Assembly (NCBI GenBank): GCA_964441035.1
Contig: CAYYKF010000005.1
Span: forward strand, 1-36,408
DNA length: 36,408 nt
Direction of reading: 5' to 3'
DNA from: an uncultured Candidatus Poseidoniales archaeon
GTDB lineage: Archaea > Thermoplasmatota > Poseidoniia > Poseidoniales > Thalassarchaeaceae
The notes below the pieces were generated by a model that was not told the origin of the DNA, did no database searches, and saw only the letters and a program-made list of their open reading frames with translations. The translations under genes were made by a program, and so were the position numbers. The first letter of the stretch is position 1. The number at the start of each line of letters is the position of its first letter. Below, piece after piece: positions 8,579 through 17,095 of this stretch.

Positions 8579-10171
8579 TCACGTTTCAATTTGACAACGC
8601 TCATCGCTTCCATTCCAGTGGTAGACACGCCAGCGTTCGTCTATTTCTGAGCTAAATTCTATTGCAGTCCAATTTCCATTCAATTCGGAATCTACCCTGT
8701 AATCAAATAGAATCCATTCAACATCTTGTAATGTTTGACAGGCATCAATTTCTTCAGCCCAATTTGTATCGTCTGCTCGCCAATGCGCAAGGATGTTTGA
8801 ATCGCTTTCAGGGTCCAGTGTGAGGTGTAATGAATACAGCCTGTGCATCGCTAGCGGGCTTGGTGCGACAAAGAGGAGTTGATCATCGTCTTCCATCTCA
8901 TCGGACAATTCCTCACCGATGACCTCCATTCCGCGAGTACCAGTGGTGGCCAGATGATATGTATTCATGATCATCATGAGGATTATTGCTCCTACCAGCA
9001 GCGTTGCTCTCGATTTTTCTGGTTGGATTACGCTTTCTTCTGGCTTTCTTTCCATCCAAACCCACCACATTGGAACCAGTAACAAGGAAGCATATCTTGG
9101 ATTGTGGCGGAAGGATTCTGGCCACAATTCAAAGAATGACATTTCCAAAGCGATTGCTTCTACCATCCACATCGCGGCAATCCAACCGATGAGAACGCCA
9201 CAACAAACCAATGCAGACAATTGCAACAATGTGATTTCCGTCTTCTCTTGTCCGCTCCTAATGAAAAGCCCCATTCCAGCATAGATGAAAATGAAACCTC
9301 CGATAAGCCATGCAACTAGCCAAGATTCGATAATGGAAATGAAATATTCTTGAATTGAGAAATCAATTTGACTAAGACGGAATAACATTGTGAGAATAGA
9401 GAGTGCTAGCAGAATACAGGTTGTTTGTTTGAAGTCTAGTTCTAATTTTCTATCAGCGATTTTTTGAGTCCAAACCAATAGCACGAAAATAAATCCAATG
9501 ACATATACTTCAGGCATACCTTTCATCGCAAGGACCATCATACACATGACAGCAGAAAGGACCCACCAAATCGGCATTTTTCCATTCTTCCTTTGCCTTT
9601 CTCCAATGACCAATGCTGCAAATGCAATCGTTACTAGTAGTAGTATCGCTCCTTCTTGATAGACACGCCCCGCTGCTCTGAATAACGGCGAATATAATGA
9701 GGCAAGGGCAGTCAGGCGTAACGCATCTTCTTCGTTCCATAGACTACGTGTAGTGAGATAGACAGTTATCAGTGACAGAAATGATGTGACCAATCCCATC
9801 AAGTGTAATGTTGTCAATGAGATTCCGAATACTGTGAACCACAATTGCATCCACAGATGCCAAGGCCACCAGCGCCCATCAGCTGAAACCTCAGTTGGTG
9901 TTGATTGGTCAGTTTCAGCCGGTCGCGTTGGCCCCCATTCTAAATCAGGTTCACCATCATCCATACCATCAGTGACCATAGTGGCATGCAAATGTGCATC
10001 CAGTCCAGTTGGCATCATTGTTGCTGCAAGAATTTGAAATCCAATACCTATAATCAGAATACAATACCACGTCTTCCGTGAATTCAGGATATTCTTACCC
10101 CACTCTTCAATGGATTCCATTCTTCCTGCAGGTGGAAGGTCTTGCGAATCCATGCGTTGACCCAAGGCCAC
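8579..10171 (-). CDS. polytopic integral membrane protein with C-terminal soluble domain; possibly a GT-C-type glycosyltransferase
   Basis: About 12 hydrophobic spans, with an acidic first loop (TGLDAHLH...DDGEPD) and a ~130-aa C-terminal soluble region. The GT-C assignment rests only on overall architecture. Candidate starts are GTG 10171, ATG 10153 and ATG 10120. Confidence 0.55.
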   Translation of the reverse strand: MALGQRMDSQDLPPAGRMESIEEWGKNILNSRKTWYCILIIGIGFQILAATMMPTGLDAHLHATMVTDGMDDGEPDLEWGPTRPAETDQSTPTEVSADGRWWPWHLWMQLWFTVFGISLTTLHLMGLVTSFLSLITVYLTTRSLWNEEDALRLTALASLYSPLFRAAGRVYQEGAILLLVTIAFAALVIGERQRKNGKMPIWWVLSAVMCMMVLAMKGMPEVYVIGFIFVLLVWTQKIADRKLELDFKQTTCILLALSILTMLFRLSQIDFSIQEYFISIIESWLVAWLIGGFIFIYAGMGLFIRSGQEKTEITLLQLSALVCCGVLIGWIAAMWMVEAIALEMSFFELWPESFRHNPRYASLLLVPMWWVWMERKPEESVIQPEKSRATLLVGAIILMMIMNTYHLATTGTRGMEVIGEELSDEMEDDDQLLFVAPSPLAMHRLYSLHLTLDPESDSNILAHWRADDTNWAEEIDACQTLQDVEWILFDYRVDSELNGNWTAIEFSSEIDERWRVYHWNGSDERCQIET

Positions 10172-10192
10172 CTGTCCTTCATTGTGAGGGTC

Positions 10193-11215
10193 TTAGAAGT
10201 CGAAAAGAGATGATTGTCCAGTGTTTCGTAATTTCCCAACAGATTTGAGCCGATCCAATGCCCGAGTCATTCGCTTTTCACTAAATTCACGTTCTTCCTG
10301 CAGAAATTTTCTGAGATTCTTTTCATCAGTCATTCCTGCATTAGGCAGCGCATCTTGATGGATTGGATGTTCGTGAAAAATCGATCTGATTTTGTCCAAA
10401 TTTTCTGGCACTGCGATATCCTTCTCTAAGCAAACAGCTTCAACAGTTCCATATTTCTTAATGAGTTTGAGTCCAGTTTTTGGACCGATTCCCTTGATGC
10501 CAGGATGAAAATCAGTTCCAATCATGATGCCCAAATCGACCAGTTGTTCCTGTGTGATTTCATGTTCTTCAAGTAATTCGGAAAGTTGAATTTTCTCTGC
10601 AGTTACTTTTCGGCCGAATTTTTTTGTTCCATGTGCCATCAAATTTCGAATCATGATTGGTGAGCCATACAGTAACACATCCCAATCCTGACTGGCAACT
10701 GCTGCAACTTCACCATTCTTGCATCTAACTGAAGCAGCACCTTCTGCCTCCATCGGTGCTTCAATCCAAGCGACACCCAAATAATCGAACATTTGTTGTG
10801 TCTCTGCAACCATCTCGCGCGTGTAAGATACAATTTGTGATCCCAATTTTTGAGCGGTAACCCAATCTTCAGATTCGACTGCTGCTTCCCATTTCTCACG
10901 TGCTTCATCCTTGCGTGCTTTCCGTTCATCCAGTGTATCCAGTTTCAAATCATGGGGTTTTCCGTCGAAGACAAAGATGGGTTCAATCCCATTTTCAATC
11001 ATTACTGTTGCTCTATCAAGAAATCCCATGAGATGAGAGATTGGCCTACCTTGTGAGTCCTTCAGCGGCCCTCCATCTTGTCCTTCTCCACGCGCGCGTA
11101 TGGAGGTGATGAATTGGTAAGCGACAAGGAACGCATCTACCGCGATACGTTGTCCTGCAAGATCTTTCAGTTCGATGGGTTTAGCGTTTGCTAAATCTCG
11201 GAGGTTGCATCCCAT
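10193..11215 (-). CDS. fen: flap endonuclease 1 (archaeal FEN-1)
   Basis: 340 aa. The N-terminus MGCNLRDL...IAVDAFLVAYQF is XPG-N like, there is an H3TH region (GTDFHPGIKGIGPKTGLKLIKKYG), and a C-terminal PIP box (QSSLFDF). Confidence 0.95.
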   Translation of the reverse strand: MGCNLRDLANAKPIELKDLAGQRIAVDAFLVAYQFITSIRARGEGQDGGPLKDSQGRPISHLMGFLDRATVMIENGIEPIFVFDGKPHDLKLDTLDERKARKDEAREKWEAAVESEDWVTAQKLGSQIVSYTREMVAETQQMFDYLGVAWIEAPMEAEGAASVRCKNGEVAAVASQDWDVLLYGSPIMIRNLMAHGTKKFGRKVTAEKIQLSELLEEHEITQEQLVDLGIMIGTDFHPGIKGIGPKTGLKLIKKYGTVEAVCLEKDIAVPENLDKIRSIFHEHPIHQDALPNAGMTDEKNLRKFLQEEREFSEKRMTRALDRLKSVGKLRNTGQSSLFDF

Positions 11216-11224
11216 AGGAGCACC

Positions 11225-12841
11225 TCAGATGTCGTCTAAATCATCCAATTCGTCTAAATCATCATCTTCGTCATCGTCTTCAAATTCGTCCAATATGTCT
11301 TCGAGGTCCTCATCTTCTTCCCAATCGTCATCTTCTTCGTCTTCATCTTTGTCTGATTTGAAGACCTGCCAGAATCCAATACCACCGAGTAGCAAACCAA
11401 CTGCAGTGACAAGAATGGGATAATATTGCCAAGAGAAGTCTTGTCCAACGACAGTACAGTCCTTGTGTGGAATAGCATAGCGCATACTGTCGAATCCACT
11501 GACTGAAACTGTTACTGTCTTGATATCAGGGTCATTTGGATCTGCATGCTTTGGAACGATGATTTCTTGACCAGAATTTGGGTCAGTGGTATTGATAATT
11601 TGAATTTCAGCCATTACTGCTTGACCTGGGCGCAGGTCATCATGGAATAGTGAAAAATACAGTTGCACGTACTCTTTTCCACGTCGACTGGTATCGGGGT
11701 CTTCGAGAATCTTGGAATCACTTTCATATCCTAGTCCGGATATTGTTTCACCTCGATCAGTTGTCGTATACACTTCATCGTACTCTGCATACAATGTGAA
11801 GGAGTAGCCTGCAACCAATTCATCTCCAAGGAAAGTACCGTCACGCTCCTCAAGTTGAGCGATTTCTTCTATCGTCCAAACATTAGGGTCATCAGGATTG
11901 GCAGCCATACCTGTAAGGACAGGTCCAGAGATTAGAGGAGCAACAAACATTGAAACTAACAACCCCATACCTGTGAGTAGGATTGAAATCTCTTTGTATG
12001 GAATTGGAGGCAATAGCGCGAATCCACCAGCGAATATTCCAATCGAAAATAAGCACCAAAATACGAGACCGAACCAAGAACTGGTGTTGACCTCTTCAGT
12101 ATCGTATCCTGTCGCAACTGAATATGGTGATTCATAATCCTCTCCAGAGTTGAGTCCGGGTATACTTGTGACATAGGGTGGTAATACTGGAACATTCATC
12201 CATGAACCATCTCCACCATTTCCTAAGTACAGTGTGTAGCCATCAGTTGGTGATTGGGGCTTTTGAAAAGTAATCCGAAGTCCCAATGCTTCACCAGCAG
12301 GGACTTCTTCGATATTATGCGATAGGAATTCAAAACTGTACACATTATTTTCATCCGGTGTGTCGATGACCTGTTGTGCAATGTCGTTATTCCCTAATCG
12401 AAGAACAATTGTGACCTGTTTGGTACAACTGTCTTGTTCCAAATTGCAAATTATAGAAAGACGAATTTGTCCAGAAATGGGAGCGCTCTTGTCAATTGGA
12501 ACAGGTTCAGAAGGCGGATTTGAACCCTCCCAAGTGAATGTACGTGGTCCTCCGCCATTGTTTGGATCACCAAGCGCATTTATTTCACCAACACTATCAT
12601 CTGAATTTGAATCACTTGAAGCAGAGTGTGTCCACATTGGCCAAGATGATTGAGCCCCTCCCTCATCATCTGAACCATACATACGCATGATGTTTTGCTC
12701 ATATGTCAGATTCTTTGCTTCCTCTGATTGCATGACGCTGACTCCATTGTCTTGCCCAGCGGTTGGAGTTGAAATCGCCAATAGAGAGAAAACGAGTAGT
12801 CCAAGCACGACCAGTGCAGAACCAACCTTTTGGCGCGCCAT
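11225..12841 (-). CDS. hypothetical surface/membrane protein with poly-acidic C-terminal tail
   Basis: ATG 12841 gives a signal peptide (MARQKVGSALVVLGLLVFSLLAISTPTAGQ). The 95-codon upstream extension in the track is Cys/Arg-rich and would overlap the divergent gene. There are internal TM spans, a C-terminal TM, and a ~45-aa Asp/Glu tail (DEDEEDDDWEEDEDLEDILDEFEDDDEDDDLDELDDLDDI). Confidence 0.7.
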   Translation of the reverse strand: MARQKVGSALVVLGLLVFSLLAISTPTAGQDNGVSVMQSEEAKNLTYEQNIMRMYGSDDEGGAQSSWPMWTHSASSDSNSDDSVGEINALGDPNNGGGPRTFTWEGSNPPSEPVPIDKSAPISGQIRLSIICNLEQDSCTKQVTIVLRLGNNDIAQQVIDTPDENNVYSFEFLSHNIEEVPAGEALGLRITFQKPQSPTDGYTLYLGNGGDGSWMNVPVLPPYVTSIPGLNSGEDYESPYSVATGYDTEEVNTSSWFGLVFWCLFSIGIFAGGFALLPPIPYKEISILLTGMGLLVSMFVAPLISGPVLTGMAANPDDPNVWTIEEIAQLEERDGTFLGDELVAGYSFTLYAEYDEVYTTTDRGETISGLGYESDSKILEDPDTSRRGKEYVQLYFSLFHDDLRPGQAVMAEIQIINTTDPNSGQEIIVPKHADPNDPDIKTVTVSVSGFDSMRYAIPHKDCTVVGQDFSWQYYPILVTAVGLLLGGIGFWQVFKSDKDEDEEDDDWEEDEDLEDILDEFEDDDEDDDLDELDDLDDI

Positions 12842-12886
12842 GGGGTAGGGCAGAGGTGCGACCGTTATAGGATTAAGGCGAGGGGT

Positions 12887-12903
12887 GTGCTGCGGAGCAG
12901 CAC
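12887..12903. promoter_or_regulatory. perfect palindrome GTGCTGC-gga-GCAGCAC in the divergent promoter spacer
   Basis: Read directly. A 7-bp stem with a 3-nt loop, in the 94-nt spacer between the starts at 12841 (-) and 12936 (+). Confidence 0.3.
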
Positions 12904-12935
12904 AGGTGCACACACGAGAGGGAGGGTAAAAATCG

Positions 12936-14075
12936 ATGCACAGCAAAGCAATCGTAATTGGTGCAGGATGGCATCCTGCATTGTTCCGTGAGGAAGCACA
13001 GATTTTGACTGATGGCGAAATTGAAATCATCCATCCACACGCTCTCACGATGTCTGATGCAGATGCAGAAGTTCTAGCGTCACGTTCGAGTTTAGTATCT
13101 GAAATTCTGAGTCCTGGCGACATCACACAATTGGATGAGGCACATACTGTAGCGAACCAGATAGCGACTGGATTTCTCTCTCTGGGATTTTCCGTTCAGC
13201 GGATTGCAGTTAGGGCAGAAAGGACGGGTGAAAAACCTCCAGAATGGTCTAGTCGTGAAGTTGCAGGCTTGGTTGGAGGACATCTCGTCGATGCGGGATG
13301 GCCAATTGATTTGACAAATCCAGAGATGACACTGCGAATTCATCTTCTTGCGCCAAGTAAATCAAAATCATATCCTCCTGAAATTTCTGCAAATCCAGTC
13401 GTTGCATGGGGTCTCACAACGCATGAAGGTGACAATTGGAGTGAACGTACTGCACCGAATCGCCCATTTTTCAAACCCATCAGTTTGGACCCGAAATTAG
13501 CTCGGGCAATGGTCAACCTTGCTTGTCCTCAATCTGGAACTTTACTGGATCCATTCTGTGGAACTGGTGGATTGTTAGTTGAAAGCCTGATTTGTGGCAT
13601 TGATTCATACGGTAGTGATTTGGCTTGGCCAATGGTTACAGGTACACGTGAAAATGTGGAATGGATTCGCCAACAAATAGACAACCAAGCCCTCTCTGAG
13701 GTACGCAACGGTTCTGCAATAGAATTGGCTGAAGTCTGGAACGACACCGCCTTATTTTCCAGTTTTGTTTTCGACCCTCCGTACGGTAGAAATGCTTGGA
13801 AATCTCAAGATGGTTTTGATTTGTTGAAGGGAGCATTGCAATCTTGTGTAGATGTTGCAACATCCGATGCTCGACTTGTAACGCTGATTCCATGGTCTCC
13901 TGAAATGATTGGCAAGCCTCTTGACGAAGGCGTCTCGTTTGGTTTCGATTGGAATGATATTGAGAATGCCTTCACAACAGCAGGTTGGTCGATCAAAGCA
14001 ACGCACACGATTCGAGTCCATCGCAGCTTAGCTCGCTTGCTTGTCATTGCAGAGAATACGACGTTGGCATCTTGA
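12936..14075 (+). CDS. THUMP-domain tRNA guanine-N2 methyltransferase (Trm11/Trm-G10 or Trm14 family)
   Basis: SAM motif I is LLDPFCGTGGLLVES and catalytic motif IV is VFDPPYGR. The ~170-aa N-terminus is compatible with a THUMP domain. A GGAGGG lies ~10 nt upstream of the ATG. Confidence 0.8.
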   Translation: MHSKAIVIGAGWHPALFREEAQILTDGEIEIIHPHALTMSDADAEVLASRSSLVSEILSPGDITQLDEAHTVANQIATGFLSLGFSVQRIAVRAERTGEKPPEWSSREVAGLVGGHLVDAGWPIDLTNPEMTLRIHLLAPSKSKSYPPEISANPVVAWGLTTHEGDNWSERTAPNRPFFKPISLDPKLARAMVNLACPQSGTLLDPFCGTGGLLVESLICGIDSYGSDLAWPMVTGTRENVEWIRQQIDNQALSEVRNGSAIELAEVWNDTALFSSFVFDPPYGRNAWKSQDGFDLLKGALQSCVDVATSDARLVTLIPWSPEMIGKPLDEGVSFGFDWNDIENAFTTAGWSIKATHTIRVHRSLARLLVIAENTTLAS

Positions 14076-14118
14076 GCAAAGCGAAGTCATTATTGACGAG
14101 ATTGAACAGTCAGATTTC

Positions 14119-14670
14119 ATGCAGATGCCACCACCACTTGAGAATGAAGTACCGAACATGCTCCCGGCAAAGGAACCTTGGTCCCCTCAATTTCGACGTG
14201 GGTTAGTTGGAAGCGTTGCCTTGATGCTCCTTGCTCTCGGCGCATTTGTCGGCATCAGTTATTTCTCTGAAACTGCTGAAGATTCCCCGCTTGCAGGTGA
14301 TTGGATGCAAGGAAATGGAGAAGTTTACACAATCAAAGCAGATGGATCTGGCTCAAATCCGAGTTGTCATCCAAAATGGTCAGTTGAAGGAAACGAAACT
14401 ACCTACACTTCGGATTGTACGGCAATCTCACCAGATGGTGAGCCACTTTGGACAGAGAAAATCTACAGTTATGAGTTCGTAGGGGATGTTCTTTTCATGA
14501 AACAACTCTCTCAGGAAACTCAAGATGGGTACGATGACGCTCCATCCGATATCCTGTGCACCGCATGGGTGCTAGAGGATTTGGCTCCAGATGTTGAAAC
14601 TTGGGAAACCATCGTCAACGCCACCGCAATGCCTGAGATGTGCTCTGGTATTGCTGGTCTAACCGAATAA
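14119..14670 (+). CDS. hypothetical membrane-anchored secreted protein (4 Cys)
   Basis: The first ATG (14119) lies downstream of the previous stop; the track start is TTG 14041 inside the upstream gene. There is one N-terminal TM (LVGSVALMLLALGAFVGISYF). No family recognised. Confidence 0.5.
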   Translation: MQMPPPLENEVPNMLPAKEPWSPQFRRGLVGSVALMLLALGAFVGISYFSETAEDSPLAGDWMQGNGEVYTIKADGSGSNPSCHPKWSVEGNETTYTSDCTAISPDGEPLWTEKIYSYEFVGDVLFMKQLSQETQDGYDDAPSDILCTAWVLEDLAPDVETWETIVNATAMPEMCSGIAGLTE

Positions 14671-14723
14671 GAACCCTAAGTCAACCCCGGAAGGGTGTGA
14701 TTGTTAGTGTTGCTAGTGGGGAG

Positions 14724-14797
14724 TGAGCGGTGCAGGATTCGAACCCGCGTCGACGGGTCCGAAGCCCGTCAGGATATCCAGACTACCCTAACCGCCC
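14724..14797 (-). tRNA. tRNA-Arg (anticodon UCG), 74 nt, CCA not encoded
   Basis: Folded by hand. Acceptor GGGCGGT/ACCGCTC (G2:U71), D-arm with A14 G18 G19 A21, anticodon stem ACGGG/CCCGT with loop CUUCGGA, 4-nt variable loop, T-arm GCGGG-TTCGAAT-CCTGC, discriminator A. Confidence 0.85.
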
Positions 14798-14862
14798 ACT
14801 TCCCATCGGGACGCATCTCCTCCTTCAATTCGTCGGAGGAATAGAATTCATTCATTGTGGTA

Positions 14863-15954
14863 TTATGGCCACTTTTCAGCGGGCCATTCAAAATTGGGAC
14901 GTGACCAGAAAGTAACAGAATCCTCTCCCCACTGAGTAGTTCCAGTCACGGCTAATCCGGCATCATTCATTCGATTCCCTTCAAGTCCACTTTTTGGTCC
15001 ATTCTCTAGCTCGACATTTGCGCGGATGATGATTGCTCTGTCAATTAATTTCTCATCAAGAAATCGCCCCCACACATCAGCTCCACCTTCAACCAATAGC
15101 TCTTGGATTCCACGATCACCAAGGTGGTCTAGAAGAGCTCCGAGGTCAGCCCCATCTTTGCCTTCTGGAAGCGTCACTCCAACATTGTTCGCTGAAGAAT
15201 GAATTTGAATGGTTTCTCCTTCATCGTTGAGAACATTTGCACCTGCGGGTGTTCTCAGATTTCGGTCAAGTACGATGCGGAGTGGTTGTTGACTTTGGCC
15301 AAGAGGAATTCGTCGAATATCCAAACGCGGATTATCACGTACAATTGTATTGACACCGACAACAATCGCATCACAATGCCTTCGTAATCGATGTGCAGCA
15401 TCTAGGGACTCGTCTGAGGTGAATCGACCTGGAGTTTCCCCATCAATGCAGCCATTTGCATCTATTGCTGCCTTCATTGTAACCAAGGGTCGTCTCTGAT
15501 TACACCAATGCATGAATGGCTGCATCTGCCGTTTGGCTTCAGATTCAAGGAGTCCTTCACGAACTGATATTCCAGATTCAATTAGTACATCTATTCCCTC
15601 TCCACGAACCATGGGATTAGGATCTCTTGTGGCCACGATTACTTCGCTCACACCTGCCCAAAGAAGTGCTTGTGTGCATGGGGGTGTAAGTCCGAAATGA
15701 TTGCAGGGTTCCAAAGTGACGTAAGCTGTACAACCCTCTGTGCCAACACCTCTAGATTCAGCATCTGCAATTGCAGCCTGTTCAGCATGTAAATCGCCAT
15801 AATGGTCATGCCAACCTTCCGCGATAATATTTCCATTGTGAACAAGCACACACCCTACAGGCGGATTTGGAGAAACTTGTCCGCGACCCCGTTCGGCCAG
15901 TTCAATTGCGCGATTCATACACGCAATATCGAATTCCGACCACACCTCTGCCAT
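14863..15954 (-). CDS. ribD: bifunctional riboflavin biosynthesis protein RibD (pyrimidine deaminase + reductase)
   Basis: The CMP/dCMP-type Zn site is HAEQAAI...TLEPCNHFGLTPPC. The C-terminal RibD_C-like reductase half includes LRIVLDRNLRTP and ELLVEGGADVW. ATG 15954 leaves 12 aa before the conserved MNRAIELA helix, as in bacterial RibD; the alternative is GTG 16023. Confidence 0.9.
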   Translation of the reverse strand: MAEVWSEFDIACMNRAIELAERGRGQVSPNPPVGCVLVHNGNIIAEGWHDHYGDLHAEQAAIADAESRGVGTEGCTAYVTLEPCNHFGLTPPCTQALLWAGVSEVIVATRDPNPMVRGEGIDVLIESGISVREGLLESEAKRQMQPFMHWCNQRRPLVTMKAAIDANGCIDGETPGRFTSDESLDAAHRLRRHCDAIVVGVNTIVRDNPRLDIRRIPLGQSQQPLRIVLDRNLRTPAGANVLNDEGETIQIHSSANNVGVTLPEGKDGADLGALLDHLGDRGIQELLVEGGADVWGRFLDEKLIDRAIIIRANVELENGPKSGLEGNRMNDAGLAVTGTTQWGEDSVTFWSRPNFEWPAEKWP

Positions 15955-16027
15955 ATCCTCTGGGAAGGGTAATTGATACCCGTTCTTTTCGGTTTGAAAT
16001 TCAGGTTGATGATTCAATCCCACTTAC

Positions 16028-17095
16028 ATGAGAATGCTCATGGTGTCATCCCCCCTCTCCCTGTGCATGGTCCGGATAGCATGCATCGTCAATCCAGCGG
16101 GCCGCGACGGTTCAGTTCGCAAGCGTTGGCCAGCAATTCTAGAATTAATTGAAGCTGAAGGTCTTGACCATGAAATCCATTGGACAGAACGCACAGGACA
16201 TGCCGCTGAACTCGCTTTTGAATTGCGAAATCGAGAGGACCTTGACCTTGTCGTTGCCGTAGGTGGAGACGGCACAATGAACGAAGTTGCCAGTGGCTTG
16301 CGCGGTTCAAACATGACTTTGGGCATCATTCCAATGGGAAGTGGAAATGATTACGCTAGAGCACACGGCATACCGCTTCTCAAACCAGCATTATCCGTTC
16401 CTTTGTTGAAATCTGGAATAGATCGCAGGGTAGGTGCTATGCGAATTGATGGGACTCCTGCCCCTGCTTTAGATCACTATCCTTCACCTGAAACAACAGA
16501 ATGGGATGGTAAAGCAGTAGAATCTGAAATGGTGCGGCGTTGGGCTTTCCTTGAATCAGATGGTGGCACAACAAGCGATGTATCACGTCGCAAGACGCTT
16601 GGTCAAGGAAAACGAATTCGTGGAACGCTGAAATACACATATCTTGGGATCAAGAGCATTTTTGGTTGGAAAAAACAAGATGCATGGCTCAAGGTCGATG
16701 ATGAGGTCATCGGCCGCAAGGACATGAGCGGTCTTTTCACAGCCATCATGACTGAAACTTTTGGAGGTGGTTATCGCGTAGCCCCAGGAATGCGTGTGAC
16801 TCGCGATTCTTTCGATTTAATCCAAGCCAATGGGTTGTCAAAGTCACAGATGCTCAGACTTATGGGTCCGATGAAAAAAGGAACCCACATAGGAAAATGG
16901 AATATTTCTCAACGCTCGACGAAACGTTTTGAGATTCGTAATATCGATGAAAATAACAAACCGAGCGATGAGCCACATAATCCTCCGATGTGGGTACAAG
17001 TAGATGGTGAACCTTGTTTGATGACACCAGCAATCATTGATTTCTTTCCAGACCAACTCACCGTACGAGGTGGATTGAGCATTCCAAACGAATAA
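16028..17095 (+). CDS. diacylglycerol/lipid kinase family protein (DAGK_cat, YegS/BmrU-like)
   Basis: Family motifs are IVNPAGRDG, VVAVGGDGTMNEVASGL, IIPMGSGNDYAR and the C-terminal VQVDGEP. The start may instead be ATG 16067 (MVRIACIVNP). Confidence 0.85.
   Translation: MRMLMVSSPLSLCMVRIACIVNPAGRDGSVRKRWPAILELIEAEGLDHEIHWTERTGHAAELAFELRNREDLDLVVAVGGDGTMNEVASGLRGSNMTLGIIPMGSGNDYARAHGIPLLKPALSVPLLKSGIDRRVGAMRIDGTPAPALDHYPSPETTEWDGKAVESEMVRRWAFLESDGGTTSDVSRRKTLGQGKRIRGTLKYTYLGIKSIFGWKKQDAWLKVDDEVIGRKDMSGLFTAIMTETFGGGYRVAPGMRVTRDSFDLIQANGLSKSQMLRLMGPMKKGTHIGKWNISQRSTKRFEIRNIDENNKPSDEPHNPPMWVQVDGEPCLMTPAIIDFFPDQLTVRGGLSIPNE

Noticed and set aside
8285-8655. Track ORFs 8285..8491(-), 8310..8582(-) and 8383..8655(+), all of at least 68 aa
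   Set aside because: Their translations are Cys/Arg/Ser-rich with no recognisable pattern. They overlap each other and the next gene's 3' end. The 59-codon plus-strand ORF at 8340..8519 has a coherent family-like motif and fits the gap.
11175-11423. 82-aa plus-strand poly-Ser ORF
   Set aside because: It is the antisense shadow of the GAT/GAA-rich region that encodes the poly-acidic tail of the 11225..12841 gene.
12842-13126. 95-codon N-terminal extension of the surface protein ORF (track 11225..13126)
   Set aside because: The extension is Cys/Arg/Pro-rich and overlaps the divergent Trm11-like gene by 190 nt. The internal ATG at 12841 yields a clean signal peptide.
14671-14862. tRNA-Arg flanks as an integration hotspot or genomic island border
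   Set aside because: There is no integrase nearby and I saw no direct repeat of the tRNA 3' half. The flanking genes are ordinary. The TCCTCC...GGAGGA hairpin at 14818-14840 is more simply a ribD 3' structure.
14730-14915. 61-aa plus-strand ORF
   Set aside because: It lies on top of tRNA-Arg and the ribD 3' end.
16006-16060. Possible C/D-box sRNA (TGATGA at 16007-16012) in the ribD / lipid kinase spacer
   Set aside because: There is no downstream CTGA D box and no terminal stem at the appropriate spacing. The region may also be coding if ribD uses the GTG at 16023.
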